A DNA stretch of 62,020 bases, taken from contig JAPLNF010000297.1 in NCBI GenBank assembly GCA_026692965.1, positions 1 to 62,020 on the forward strand, written 5' to 3'. This stretch comes from Planctomycetota bacterium. GTDB taxonomy: Bacteria; Planctomycetota; Planctomycetia; Gemmatales; Gemmataceae. Below, in pieces: positions 1 through 8,292 of the stretch (positions within the stretch are counted from its first letter, which is position 1; the number at the start of each line of letters is the position of its first letter). The notes under the pieces are model-generated. The model saw only the letters and a program-made list of their open reading frames with translations, was not told the origin of the DNA and ran no database searches. A program made the position numbers and the translations under genes.

Positions 1-936
1 CAGCGAAAAGAAGATGATCTACCAGAAATTCTCTCGGGGGTTTTTGAAGGTGTCACGGATGGTACTTCCATTGGCATTTTATTCCGCAACAACGATCAGC
101 GAAGCCATGATTATGGCGATATCAAGGATAAATACAGACCAGGCCATGCAGATTACACTTTTGATGCCAAGTATGGGTTAAAAGATTATCGAGGCGGCGG
201 CCGTTCGAGCGCGCGAGAAACTATTTGCAGGGTGGCTGCTGGTTCGATTGCTAGGAAATTACTTGCGACCCAAGGTATTAGGGTTTTAGGTTATGTAACT
301 CAGGTTGGTGATATTCGTTTTGAAGCTACAGACCCCACTGCAATTACTTTAGAACAAGTTGAAAGCAATGCGGTGCGATGCCCAGATCCTGTCATTGCAG
401 AAAAAATGTATGCCCTGATTGATCAGGTGCGATTGGAAAGAGATTCGATTGGTGGAATATGTGAGATGGTAGCAACTGGGGTTCCAGCAGGCTTGGGCGA
501 ACCGGTATTTGACAAACTAAAGGCTGATATTGCCAAGGGATTATTGTCTCTGCCTGCTGTGTTGGGTTTCGAATATGGTGCGGGGTTTAAAGTGGCTAGC
601 ATGCGTGGCAGCGAGTGCAATGATCATTTTATTGCGGATGAAAAACTTCCGAGCAAAGTTGGAACCAAAACCAATAATCATGGCGGAATGCTGGGCGGTA
701 TTTCGAGTGGTCAGCCGATTGTTTGCAGGGTTGCGATCAAGCCAACTAGCAGCTTGCCCCAAAAACAACCAACGGTAGATAAGCATGGCGTTGAAACAGA
801 GATACTAACCAAAGGCAGGCATGATCCATGTTTGTTGCCTAGGTTTGTACCGATGGGTGAGGCGATGATTTGCCTGGTGCTTGCAGATCATTGGATGCGC
901 TGGAAAGCCCAGTGTGGCTCGATGATGAAAAGCTAA
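1..936 (+). CDS. aroC: chorismate synthase (5' end outside window)
   Basis: Frame 1 is open from nt 1 and reads ...DKYRPGHADYTFDAKYGLKDYRGGGRSSARETICRVAAG..., running into the listed 232..936 ORF (GGMLGGISSGQPI, KPTSS, GRHDPCLLPR motifs). Stop TAA at 934-936. Confidence 0.9.
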   Translation, partial: QRKEDDLPEILSGVFEGVTDGTSIGILFRNNDQRSHDYGDIKDKYRPGHADYTFDAKYGLKDYRGGGRSSARETICRVAAGSIARKLLATQGIRVLGYVTQVGDIRFEATDPTAITLEQVESNAVRCPDPVIAEKMYALIDQVRLERDSIGGICEMVATGVPAGLGEPVFDKLKADIAKGLLSLPAVLGFEYGAGFKVASMRGSECNDHFIADEKLPSKVGTKTNNHGGMLGGISSGQPIVCRVAIKPTSSLPQKQPTVDKHGVETEILTKGRHDPCLLPRFVPMGEAMICLVLADHWMRWKAQCGSMMKS

Positions 937-2094
937 TCAATCAATTTTTACAGCAAAAGCGTAAATCCAAGTGGGTTCTTCGGGTTTAAAGTCGTTATCT
1001 GTGGTGATGATCAGCAACTTTCGGCCATCGGGAAGATCGGGGCCAAAAGCTAGGCCTTCAATCTTTGCGGGAAAGTCTTTTCCCTTTAGTCCAAATTTTG
1101 GATCGAGTAAATCAAGATATAAGTTCTTGCTTACGGGCACGATCCCCTCTGGGAGTTTTGATGATGGAAGTTCGAGGATCTTTGAAACATCAGTTACGTT
1201 TTTTGTGCTAATGCGAAAGATCTTTTTGAACCCTGCAGATTCACCCGCATCGCTATCCCTCTCTAATACCAAATAATCTTCTTCGCCGATTGCCAGAATT
1301 TCATTTACCCCATTCTTTGCACTTTCCATTTTGTAAACAATTTCGCGAAGGTGTTTTCCTTCGATGGAAGTTTCTAAAAAGCGGAGGTTTTCGCCATTGG
1401 TTTTCAGGTCGGAATTACTGGGGTTACGATCTTGAATGAGAGAGCCTTGTAAAGCTGCGATCCATTTTTTTTGGTCTGATGAAATAGCGATGCCTTCAAA
1501 CCCTTTGTTGGTAACCCTACCTTTTTTATTAAAGGGTGGGAATTCTTTTTCAGCATCATCTGATTTGTTTTGAATGAGGAACTTTTCTGGAATAAGGAAC
1601 TTGTGCTTTAGTTTTCCGGTGGAATCAAAGAGCCAAACGGAAGGGCCATATTCATCACTAATGAGAATAGATCCGTTTTTTAAGACCCTAATCCCTTCAG
1701 GGTCAAACCTATTACCCAAAGGGCCAAAACCCTTGGATAATCCGGTTAATGGGTTGCCTTCAGGCGTTTTGAGAAGGGTCGTTTTTAATAGTTTGAAATC
1801 GATTTTTCCCTGAGTTAAAACAGTTATTTCAGCTAAATGAAATCTGCATGAATAGGAGTTGGCCCCATCGCCTGGGCCTCGATCGGGTAATAAAAGATAC
1901 TTGTTTCCTTGACCGGTGTAGGCGATTGCAGAACCAAAGCCCCCGAGTCTGTTATTGGGGGATTTGTCTTCCAGCAGATTTTTCATGTTCGAAAGATCGG
2001 AGGCGGTTCCAGGAATAGACGTTTTTCCTAATAATTGAACTTCGAATTGCTGGGTCGAATTCCATAGAGTTGCAAGGATCAAGAAGATAGACAT
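937..2094 (-). CDS. secreted protein, possibly phytase-like (esterase-like activity of phytase) family
   Basis: 385-aa ORF with a hydrophobic N-terminus (MSIFLILATLW). Motifs DRGPGDG, ISDEYGP and KGFEGIAIS resemble that family. The assignment is from remembered family motifs only. Confidence 0.45.
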   Translation of the reverse strand: MSIFLILATLWNSTQQFEVQLLGKTSIPGTASDLSNMKNLLEDKSPNNRLGGFGSAIAYTGQGNKYLLLPDRGPGDGANSYSCRFHLAEITVLTQGKIDFKLLKTTLLKTPEGNPLTGLSKGFGPLGNRFDPEGIRVLKNGSILISDEYGPSVWLFDSTGKLKHKFLIPEKFLIQNKSDDAEKEFPPFNKKGRVTNKGFEGIAISSDQKKWIAALQGSLIQDRNPSNSDLKTNGENLRFLETSIEGKHLREIVYKMESAKNGVNEILAIGEEDYLVLERDSDAGESAGFKKIFRISTKNVTDVSKILELPSSKLPEGIVPVSKNLYLDLLDPKFGLKGKDFPAKIEGLAFGPDLPDGRKLLIITTDNDFKPEEPTWIYAFAVKID

Positions 2095-2341
2095 TGGATT
2101 GCCTTTATAGTTTGCGTTATGTAAATCGCTAAAGAAAATTACTATAATCTTTGAAGTCTGTTTTGGTCTTTAATTATCCAAGAATCGGTATAATTCACTG
2201 AATTCTCATGAAACTTCCAATGGATCGTGTCTTTGTAAGGAAATGGAATCCAAGAAATTGAATTGATTGTTAGACAAACGCACTCATTACACCTAAGATT
2301 TTACACAATAAGGCTTTTGCTTTAATTACGGAGATATTCCA

Positions 2342-4162
2342 TTGAGTCTGGTAGTACAGAAATTTGGTGGTTCGAGTGTTGCCAATGCCCAAAGAGTGAT
2401 GGCTGCAGCACGCAAAGCCATACGAGCAAAACATGCAGGCAATCAAGTTATCGTTGTCGTTAGCGCTAGGGGTGATACCACCGATGAGCTGATTGCGCTT
2501 GCCAAAGAAATTACTGAAACCCCGCCCGCCCGCGAAATGGATATGCTTTTATCCACAGGCGAGCAGATTTCAATTTCATTAATGGCGATGGCGATCCAAT
2601 CTTTAGGTGAGCGAGCAATAAGCCTTACTGGGGCCCAAGTCGGAATCGTTACTGATAGCACCCATACCAAGGCGAGAATTAAAAGTATATCTACTGCCAG
2701 AATGCGCAAAGCCTTGGATGATGGATATATAGTTATCGTCGCTGGTTTTCAGGGTATTGATGAAGATGATAATATTACAACCCTAGGTCGAGGCGGGTCT
2801 GATACTACTGCAGTGGCACTTGCTGCGGTGATGAAGCATGATCCCTCGGGCCCAAAATTGGAAGTTGCCTGCGATATATTTACCGATGTGGATGGGGTTT
2901 ATACAACCGATCCAAGAGTTGTCCCTGATGCCCGAAAGATTGAAGCCATCAGCTATGATGAAATGTTGGAGCTTGCAAGCGCAGGTGCGGGGGTGATGCA
3001 TTCGCGAAGTATAGAATTTGCAAGAAAGTTTGATGTGCCATTGCAGGTGCGATCTTCTTTCAGTGATAGCGAAGGCACTTGGATTGTTCCCGAAACCGAT
3101 TGGATGACAAAAATTCCTGTATGTGGTGCCGCTTTGGTGCGGGATGAAGCTCGAATATCATTGGAAGGTGTGCCTGATCAGCCTGGAATAAGCCACCGAA
3201 TATTCGAAGCCGTTTCTGACCGAAATATTGTTGTTGATATGATTGCCCAAAGCGTTGGCAGTAATGGGAAAGCGAATGTTGGGTTTACAGTCCCATCCCA
3301 TGACTTGACAGCTACGCTTGATGTCTTGCAACCTTTGGTTCAGGAATTGGGTGCCAGATTGGTTCATGATGCCCAAGTGAGTAAGGTTTCGATTGTTGGT
3401 ACTGGAATGAAAACCAACACGGGTATCGCAGAAAAAATGTTTGCAGCACTAGCATCTGAAAACATCAGCATGAAGATGATCACCACGGGTGAAATCAAGA
3501 TTTCAGTGTTAGTAGATAAGGCGGATGCGGAGAAGGCCTTGCGGGCAGTACATAGCGCATTTTCGCTTGAAAAGCCAAGGTATGGTGCGGGCGCCTCAGT
3601 AGAAGATGTCAATCATTCTAAAATTGCGGCCAGACAAAGCAGTCAGAGTTCGGGCGATCTTGTTGAGATAACCCAACAACTTGCAAGTATGGAAGAAATT
3701 TTGGTTAGTGAAATTCATCAGGCGGTGGATCAGGGGAGGATCACGCTGTTTGGTCTGCCCGATAAACCAGAGAATAGCCTGGCAATTTTTCAGGCTGTTG
3801 CCAGCGGTGGCATTGTTGTTGATATGATTGTGCAGAATTTGTGTGGTGGAAAAGTTGATCTTTCATTTAGTGTCCCCCGGGAAAAGTTGCAACCTGCCCT
3901 AGCTCTTGCAATTGAAGCTGCCAAATCGATTGATGTCGATATTCAGGCTTCTGCCGATAGTGAAATTGCAACCCTTTATGTGCTTGGCGTGGGCATGCGA
4001 ACGCATACCGGTGTTGCGCGAAGAATTTTTGGTTCATTGGCATCTGCAGGGATCAACATTCTGATGATTAATACGAGTGAAACTTGTATTAGTGTGGTGG
4101 TGCAGAAAAATCAGGGTAAGCTTGCGGAAGAGAAACTAAAAAAGGTGTTCGATATAGATTAG
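2342..4162 (+). CDS. lysC: aspartate kinase, long form with two tandem ACT-domain pairs
   Basis: TTG start. VVQKFGGSSV, VVVVSARGDTTDEL and LGRGGSDTTAVALAA are kinase-core motifs. These are followed by two similar about-150-aa regulatory modules (ISLEGVPDQPGISHRIF... and ITLFGLPDKPENSLAIF...). Total 606 aa. Confidence 0.9.
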   Translation: MSLVVQKFGGSSVANAQRVMAAARKAIRAKHAGNQVIVVVSARGDTTDELIALAKEITETPPAREMDMLLSTGEQISISLMAMAIQSLGERAISLTGAQVGIVTDSTHTKARIKSISTARMRKALDDGYIVIVAGFQGIDEDDNITTLGRGGSDTTAVALAAVMKHDPSGPKLEVACDIFTDVDGVYTTDPRVVPDARKIEAISYDEMLELASAGAGVMHSRSIEFARKFDVPLQVRSSFSDSEGTWIVPETDWMTKIPVCGAALVRDEARISLEGVPDQPGISHRIFEAVSDRNIVVDMIAQSVGSNGKANVGFTVPSHDLTATLDVLQPLVQELGARLVHDAQVSKVSIVGTGMKTNTGIAEKMFAALASENISMKMITTGEIKISVLVDKADAEKALRAVHSAFSLEKPRYGAGASVEDVNHSKIAARQSSQSSGDLVEITQQLASMEEILVSEIHQAVDQGRITLFGLPDKPENSLAIFQAVASGGIVVDMIVQNLCGGKVDLSFSVPREKLQPALALAIEAAKSIDVDIQASADSEIATLYVLGVGMRTHTGVARRIFGSLASAGINILMINTSETCISVVVQKNQGKLAEEKLKKVFDID

Positions 4163-4195
4163 GGTTGGTAGAAAAAAAATTGATGTTTGCTAAAA

Positions 4196-4229
4196 GAAGA
4201 AAGCCAGACAAAAGTGTCTGGCTTTCTTC
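4196..4229. terminator. bidirectional intrinsic terminator hairpin between convergent lysC and the aldolase gene
   Basis: Perfect 14-bp stem GAAGAAAGCCAGAC (4196-4209) / GTCTGGCTTTCTTC (4216-4229) with loop AAAAGT, flanked by A-rich and T-rich sequence. Confidence 0.6.
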
Positions 4230-4249
4230 GTGGAAATGGGTGGAAGTTG

Positions 4250-5362
4250 TTAGTAAACTTCGCCAGGGGCACCTGCCTTGGAGTTGCCCGTGCTTTTAAG
4301 ATTGCCGCCGTAGCGGAAGTGCCAGCCTTCAGCAACCCGAATGCGATGAAGTTCATCCATCGTGAGGCCGTATCGTGCAAACCAAGGCTTACCTTTGGCT
4401 TTGACAATTTCGTGTATTTGAAGAACGCGATCATTGCAAACAGTATTGGCAAATTTCTTTCGTGCATCTTCGGTTTCTTCCAGGAAGTATTCTTTCCAGA
4501 ATGCTCTTCCGCCTAAAATTCCGCTTGCCCCAGCCTTCATTGCCATTTCAACTTGTTGCTTGTAAGCAGGGAAATCAACGCCTGCGCTAAGAAGAACCCA
4601 TGGCCTTTCGCTGACCGCATCAAGAGCCTTGAGGTTTTTCTCAAGCTGAGCATCGGATTCATTTCCGAGATGGCCTGGGAATTCAGCTTTGTAAATATCG
4701 CAGAATCTGCTGAGTTGATGAGCGCTTTCGATAACGGTTTCAGCCTTGCGATTGATGAAACTCTTGCTGTCTTTCTTTTCGTCGCCGAATGGGAAAGCAA
4801 CTGTTTCCAAAAGCAGAAGGATGTCATGTTTTTTACAGTCTTCGTAAACTTGTTGAATGAATTCGAATTGGTGCTCAGAGCTATTAGGTTCGGTGGGTTC
4901 ATATTGAGCAAGAAGCTTAACTGCATCAGCCCCGATACCCTTGATTTTTTCAACACTCCAACCTGGTTCAAAACCACCTAAAGGTGCATTGACCTTGTTT
5001 TTGCCGCCACCTGATTGCTCTACGCGAACCAAGATACCAACCGTTTTGGGGATGTTAAAAGAGGCAACGCTGTTCCAAACGCCGTAGTAACCATCAACAA
5101 GAACCCCACTGGCATTCTTGGAAAGAGATTCAGCAAGAATAATTTTTGCTTCGACAATTTCGTCGAAGGTTGGTTCGCGATCTTGGCCTTTTTTCTTGAG
5201 GCTATCGCGGATCATGGTGATCATGGAGCTGTTTTGGTCGGTAGCAACCATGGTCAGGGTGCCGTTGTCATTGCTAATTCGTTGAAGGCCGCGAAGTTTT
5301 CCTGGTGTTAAGCCTAAGCCAAGAAGCCGGGTAACAGAAATTGGGGAATTTGGGTTCGACAT
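4250..5362 (-). CDS. class I aldolase of the tagatose-1,6-bisphosphate aldolase (LacD/YihT-like) family, with about 70-aa C-terminal extension
   Basis: 370 aa. Collinear LacD-like motifs: MVATDQN, AVKLLAQYEP, LLLETV, IYKAEFPG, VLLSAGVDF, ILGGRAFWKEYF. Confidence 0.7.
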   Translation of the reverse strand: MSNPNSPISVTRLLGLGLTPGKLRGLQRISNDNGTLTMVATDQNSSMITMIRDSLKKKGQDREPTFDEIVEAKIILAESLSKNASGVLVDGYYGVWNSVASFNIPKTVGILVRVEQSGGGKNKVNAPLGGFEPGWSVEKIKGIGADAVKLLAQYEPTEPNSSEHQFEFIQQVYEDCKKHDILLLLETVAFPFGDEKKDSKSFINRKAETVIESAHQLSRFCDIYKAEFPGHLGNESDAQLEKNLKALDAVSERPWVLLSAGVDFPAYKQQVEMAMKAGASGILGGRAFWKEYFLEETEDARKKFANTVCNDRVLQIHEIVKAKGKPWFARYGLTMDELHRIRVAEGWHFRYGGNLKSTGNSKAGAPGEVY

Positions 5363-5591
5363 CTCTATAAATCCTCACTTTTAAAACGGGGTATAAAATC
5401 CAGCTCTGGAAATTCTATTTGTATTTGTTGTCAGTGCAAGCACTAATCATGCAAATATGATGCTAATTCATGACTTCTTCAAAACCCCTTAAAGATTTCA
5501 TTAATTATCTGTTTGCTTCCCCAAGGGATACTCTTTATATATACTCAGTGAGGTTGTTAATTGTCCTTTGTGAACAAATGGAGCTTTTATT

Positions 5592-6089
5592 ATGTCGATG
5601 TTTATTGGCGAATCTTTGGTAGGCGATGGTAATGAAATTGCACATATCGATCTGTTGATCGGCTCAAAAGATGGTCCAGTTGGCGTAGCTTTTGCCAATG
5701 CAATTGCAACTCAATCTGCAGGTCATAACAGTTTGCTTGCAGTTGTTGCACCAAACTTAATCTGCAAGCCTGCAACTGTGATGATTACTAAGGTCACCAT
5801 CAAAGGCTTGAAGCAAGCTGTTCAGATGTTTGGCCCCGCACAAGCTGCAGTTGCTCGTGCTGTTGCAGATAGCGTTGCTGAAGGCCTTATTAGCAATCAT
5901 GATGCCGAAAATTTGGTTTGCGTTTGTGGTGTATTCATTCATCCTAAAGCTGAAGATGATAACAAGATTTTTGAATACAACTATGCTGCTACCAAAGATG
6001 CTTTGAAAAAAGCCCTTAAGAGTGAGCCAAAAGTTGAAACAATTACCGCAACAAAAGATAAAGTAAAACACCCCTACTCCCCTAAGTAA
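5592..6089 (+). CDS. fae: formaldehyde-activating enzyme (5,6,7,8-tetrahydromethanopterin hydro-lyase)
   Basis: 165 aa. FIGESLVGDGNEIAHIDLLIGSKDGPVGVAFANA... and later KPATVMITKVTIKG are typical of Fae. GGAG ribosome-binding site a few nt upstream of the ATG. Confidence 0.9.
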   Translation: MSMFIGESLVGDGNEIAHIDLLIGSKDGPVGVAFANAIATQSAGHNSLLAVVAPNLICKPATVMITKVTIKGLKQAVQMFGPAQAAVARAVADSVAEGLISNHDAENLVCVCGVFIHPKAEDDNKIFEYNYAATKDALKKALKSEPKVETITATKDKVKHPYSPK

Positions 6090-6113
6090 TACTTTAGGTT
6101 GTAAGGTTTAAAA

Positions 6114-6136
6114 CATGGGGGCTAACTGCCCCCATG
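6114..6136 (+). terminator. GC-rich hairpin between fae and the downstream dehydrogenase gene (terminator or attenuator)
   Basis: CATGGGGGC (6114-6122), loop TAACT, GCCCCCATG (6128-6136). The trailing T-run is weak (ACTTATTTAT). Confidence 0.35.
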
Positions 6137-6171
6137 ACTTATTTATAGGCTTAAAATAAGGCGATTTTGTC

Positions 6172-7044
6172 ATGGAAAAGAAAACCATTCTAATCCAACT
6201 CGACCCTGATGCGCATGCTAGCGCCTTCGATCGGGTCGTTGCCATAGATTCCAATGTGGATGAACTATTCAGCTATGCGAATGTGCAACCCGATCAGGTA
6301 AGGGATCTTGTTCATGGGGCAATTTTTACCCGCGGTCCCAAAGATTTGAAAAATACTGCCATTTTTATCGGGGGCGGTAATGTTGAGAAAAGTGAAGCAT
6401 TGCTTGCCAAGGCTCTTGGTGCAATGGTGCCCGAATATGGCTTGCGGGTATCAGTGCTATTTGATGCCAATGGTTGCAATACGACCGCGGCAGCAGCGGT
6501 TCGAATAGCAGCAAAAACACTCGATCTAAAAGATAAAAAAGTATTGATTCTTGCAGGAACAGGCCCTGTCGGTCAAAGAGCAGCCTTGTTGTTAGCAAAG
6601 CTTGGCGCAAAAGTGTTTTTGTCATCCCGTACCATTGAAAAAGCCAAAGCAGCAGTTGATTCATTAGGAAAAAAAATAGGAGAGAGCCCTGCCCCGGTTG
6701 CAATTCAGGTTGCCAATGATGTTGAATTAAAAAGCGCATTAGAGGGGGTGGAGCTAGTAATCTCTACGGGGGCCGCTGGCGTTTGTCTTCTCCCTGAAAA
6801 AATTAGGCAGGCCGTTAGCAGCTTGAAAATGGTTGTTGATTTAAACGCTGTTCCGCCTATGGGTATCGAGGGAACAAGCGTGATGGATAAAGGCGCTATT
6901 CGGGAGGGTGTTATTTGCTACGGCGCAATTGGTGTGGGAGATTTGAAGATGAAAATTCATCGCGCAGCAATAGCAGCCTTGTTTACCCGAAATGATCAGG
7001 TCATGGATGCATTGGAAGTTTATGAAATCGCCCTGAATTTTTAA
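6172..7044 (+). CDS. NAD(P)-dependent methylene-tetrahydromethanopterin dehydrogenase (MtdA/MtdB/MtdC family)
   Basis: 290 aa. LDPDAHASAFD, IFIGGGNV and FDANGCNTTAAAAV are motifs of the Mtd family. A Rossmann-like LILAGTGPVGQRAA follows. Lies adjacent to fae. Confidence 0.8.
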   Translation: MEKKTILIQLDPDAHASAFDRVVAIDSNVDELFSYANVQPDQVRDLVHGAIFTRGPKDLKNTAIFIGGGNVEKSEALLAKALGAMVPEYGLRVSVLFDANGCNTTAAAAVRIAAKTLDLKDKKVLILAGTGPVGQRAALLLAKLGAKVFLSSRTIEKAKAAVDSLGKKIGESPAPVAIQVANDVELKSALEGVELVISTGAAGVCLLPEKIRQAVSSLKMVVDLNAVPPMGIEGTSVMDKGAIREGVICYGAIGVGDLKMKIHRAAIAALFTRNDQVMDALEVYEIALNF

Positions 7045-7406
7045 CGAAGGGCCTCCTCGATTCTTTCACGGATAATTGTCTCAAGCAAGGGGTGTGGCCC
7101 GAGGTGGCCTGCAAGTTTAAACTGCACTGCAGGGTGCTTTTTAGTTAATAGTTCGAGCGATTCGATAAGGTCTTTTCGAACATGAATTCCTGCTGAAAGA
7201 AAGTAGGGAACCATGATCACCAACTGCGCACCCTTTGCAACGCAGGTGTCTCCGCCAGTTTCGATTTCTGGTTCAGCAAGCTCTAAATACGATGGCTCAA
7301 CAATTTGAAGCTCGCTAGAAACTAGCCTTTTTGCAAGATGTATCAAATCCTCGTTAGCTTCCTTGTTTCTGCTGCCGTGCGCTATAAGCAAAAGAGCCTT
7401 AATCAT
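7041..7406 (-). CDS. cbiX: small CbiX-type sirohydrochlorin chelatase
   Basis: 121 aa. LLIAHGSRNKEAN and VPYFLSAGIHV motifs. The stop overlaps the mtd stop by 4 nt. Confidence 0.75.
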   Translation of the reverse strand: MIKALLLIAHGSRNKEANEDLIHLAKRLVSSELQIVEPSYLELAEPEIETGGDTCVAKGAQLVIMVPYFLSAGIHVRKDLIESLELLTKKHPAVQFKLAGHLGPHPLLETIIRERIEEALR

Positions 7407-7420
7407 AGTAAATCCCGTTG

Positions 7421-8242
7421 TTAGTTTCTGTTTGAAATATCTTTTCTAGCTTGTTTGATCCAAGCTTGAATATCATTGTCATCGATGGCTGAGGGTACAT
7501 ATTGAATATAAGATTCAAGGTTCAAGAGAGCTTTGCTGGGGTGGCCAGCTTGTAATAGGGCCACGCCTAAATCTCGCATTTGTGCAGGATCATTGGGCGC
7601 GATTTGTCTGAGCCTGTTTAAAATACGAATTGATCTTGGAACATCATTTTTTCGCAAATAAATTAATTTTAGGTTGGTCAGCATGCGGATGATGACTGAA
7701 GCCGTGGGCAACGGCGAAAAATGATTTTCAGAAAGGGCGATCTGCTCGCCTGTGGCTTTGAATGAAAGGCTTTCGCAATCGCTTTGAGAAAGGATTTTTC
7801 CATCATTAAAAACATCGAAATAAACAGAATGGTTTCCTTCGCAAGCCATAGTTACAAAGTGCCCCGGAAGTCCGACGCCAAAAAGCCTAAGGCCAAGTTT
7901 TTTTCCGATGCAAATTGCCAGAATTGAAAGAGAAATAGGGATGCCAATCCTGCGGTCGATGACAAGGTTTAGGTAGCTGTTTTGGGGGTCATAATAATCG
8001 TTTTTATTGCCGTGAAAACCAAGGTCATGTGATAAATACCGGGTAAAGGCTTGAACTCGAACTTCAAGGTCGGTGCCACCAGGAAGTTTACACCCATGTG
8101 AAAAAGCTGCAATTTCAGACTTGTAGGCTGAAATATCCAAGTTAGGATATTCATCCAAGGCAAGACTGAGGGCCAGTGTCTCTAAACAAATACTGGCATT
8201 TGGGTTTTCTGCCAGTAATAAAAGATCGCTATCTAGATTCAT
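7421..8242 (-). CDS. transglutaminase-like / TPR protein of the SirB1 (YchA, UPF0162) type
   Basis: 273 aa. The GVGLPGHFV core is typical of the transglutaminase-like SirB1 N-domain. The C-terminal helical repeat region is TPR-like. Confidence 0.5.
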   Translation of the reverse strand: MNLDSDLLLLAENPNASICLETLALSLALDEYPNLDISAYKSEIAAFSHGCKLPGGTDLEVRVQAFTRYLSHDLGFHGNKNDYYDPQNSYLNLVIDRRIGIPISLSILAICIGKKLGLRLFGVGLPGHFVTMACEGNHSVYFDVFNDGKILSQSDCESLSFKATGEQIALSENHFSPLPTASVIIRMLTNLKLIYLRKNDVPRSIRILNRLRQIAPNDPAQMRDLGVALLQAGHPSKALLNLESYIQYVPSAIDDNDIQAWIKQARKDISNRN

Positions 8243-8292
8243 GTAGGTATTATAGATGTTGGAGCAGTATAAAAAGTAATTTTTAGGTTATT

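Noticed and set aside
423-786. Several 65-82-aa ORFs in alternative and antisense frames inside aroC. Similar shadow ORFs occur inside almost every long gene in the track, for example 2443-2709, 14135-14572, 16197-16859, 20075-20458 and 25884-26303.
   Set aside because: They overlap strongly supported genes, have no recognisable motifs, and show the low-complexity composition typical of out-of-frame translation.
2095-2341. Possible lysine riboswitch (L-box) in the 247-nt leader upstream of lysC.
   Set aside because: The region is AT-rich. I could not find the conserved paired helices or core motifs of the L-box by eye. A covariance-model scan (Rfam) would be needed to rule it out fully.
6498-6506. 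GGTTCGAAT, a tRNA T-loop-like motif.
   Set aside because: It lies inside the mtd coding sequence, with no flanking acceptor or anticodon stems. I found no tRNA-like cloverleaf anywhere in the intergenic regions.
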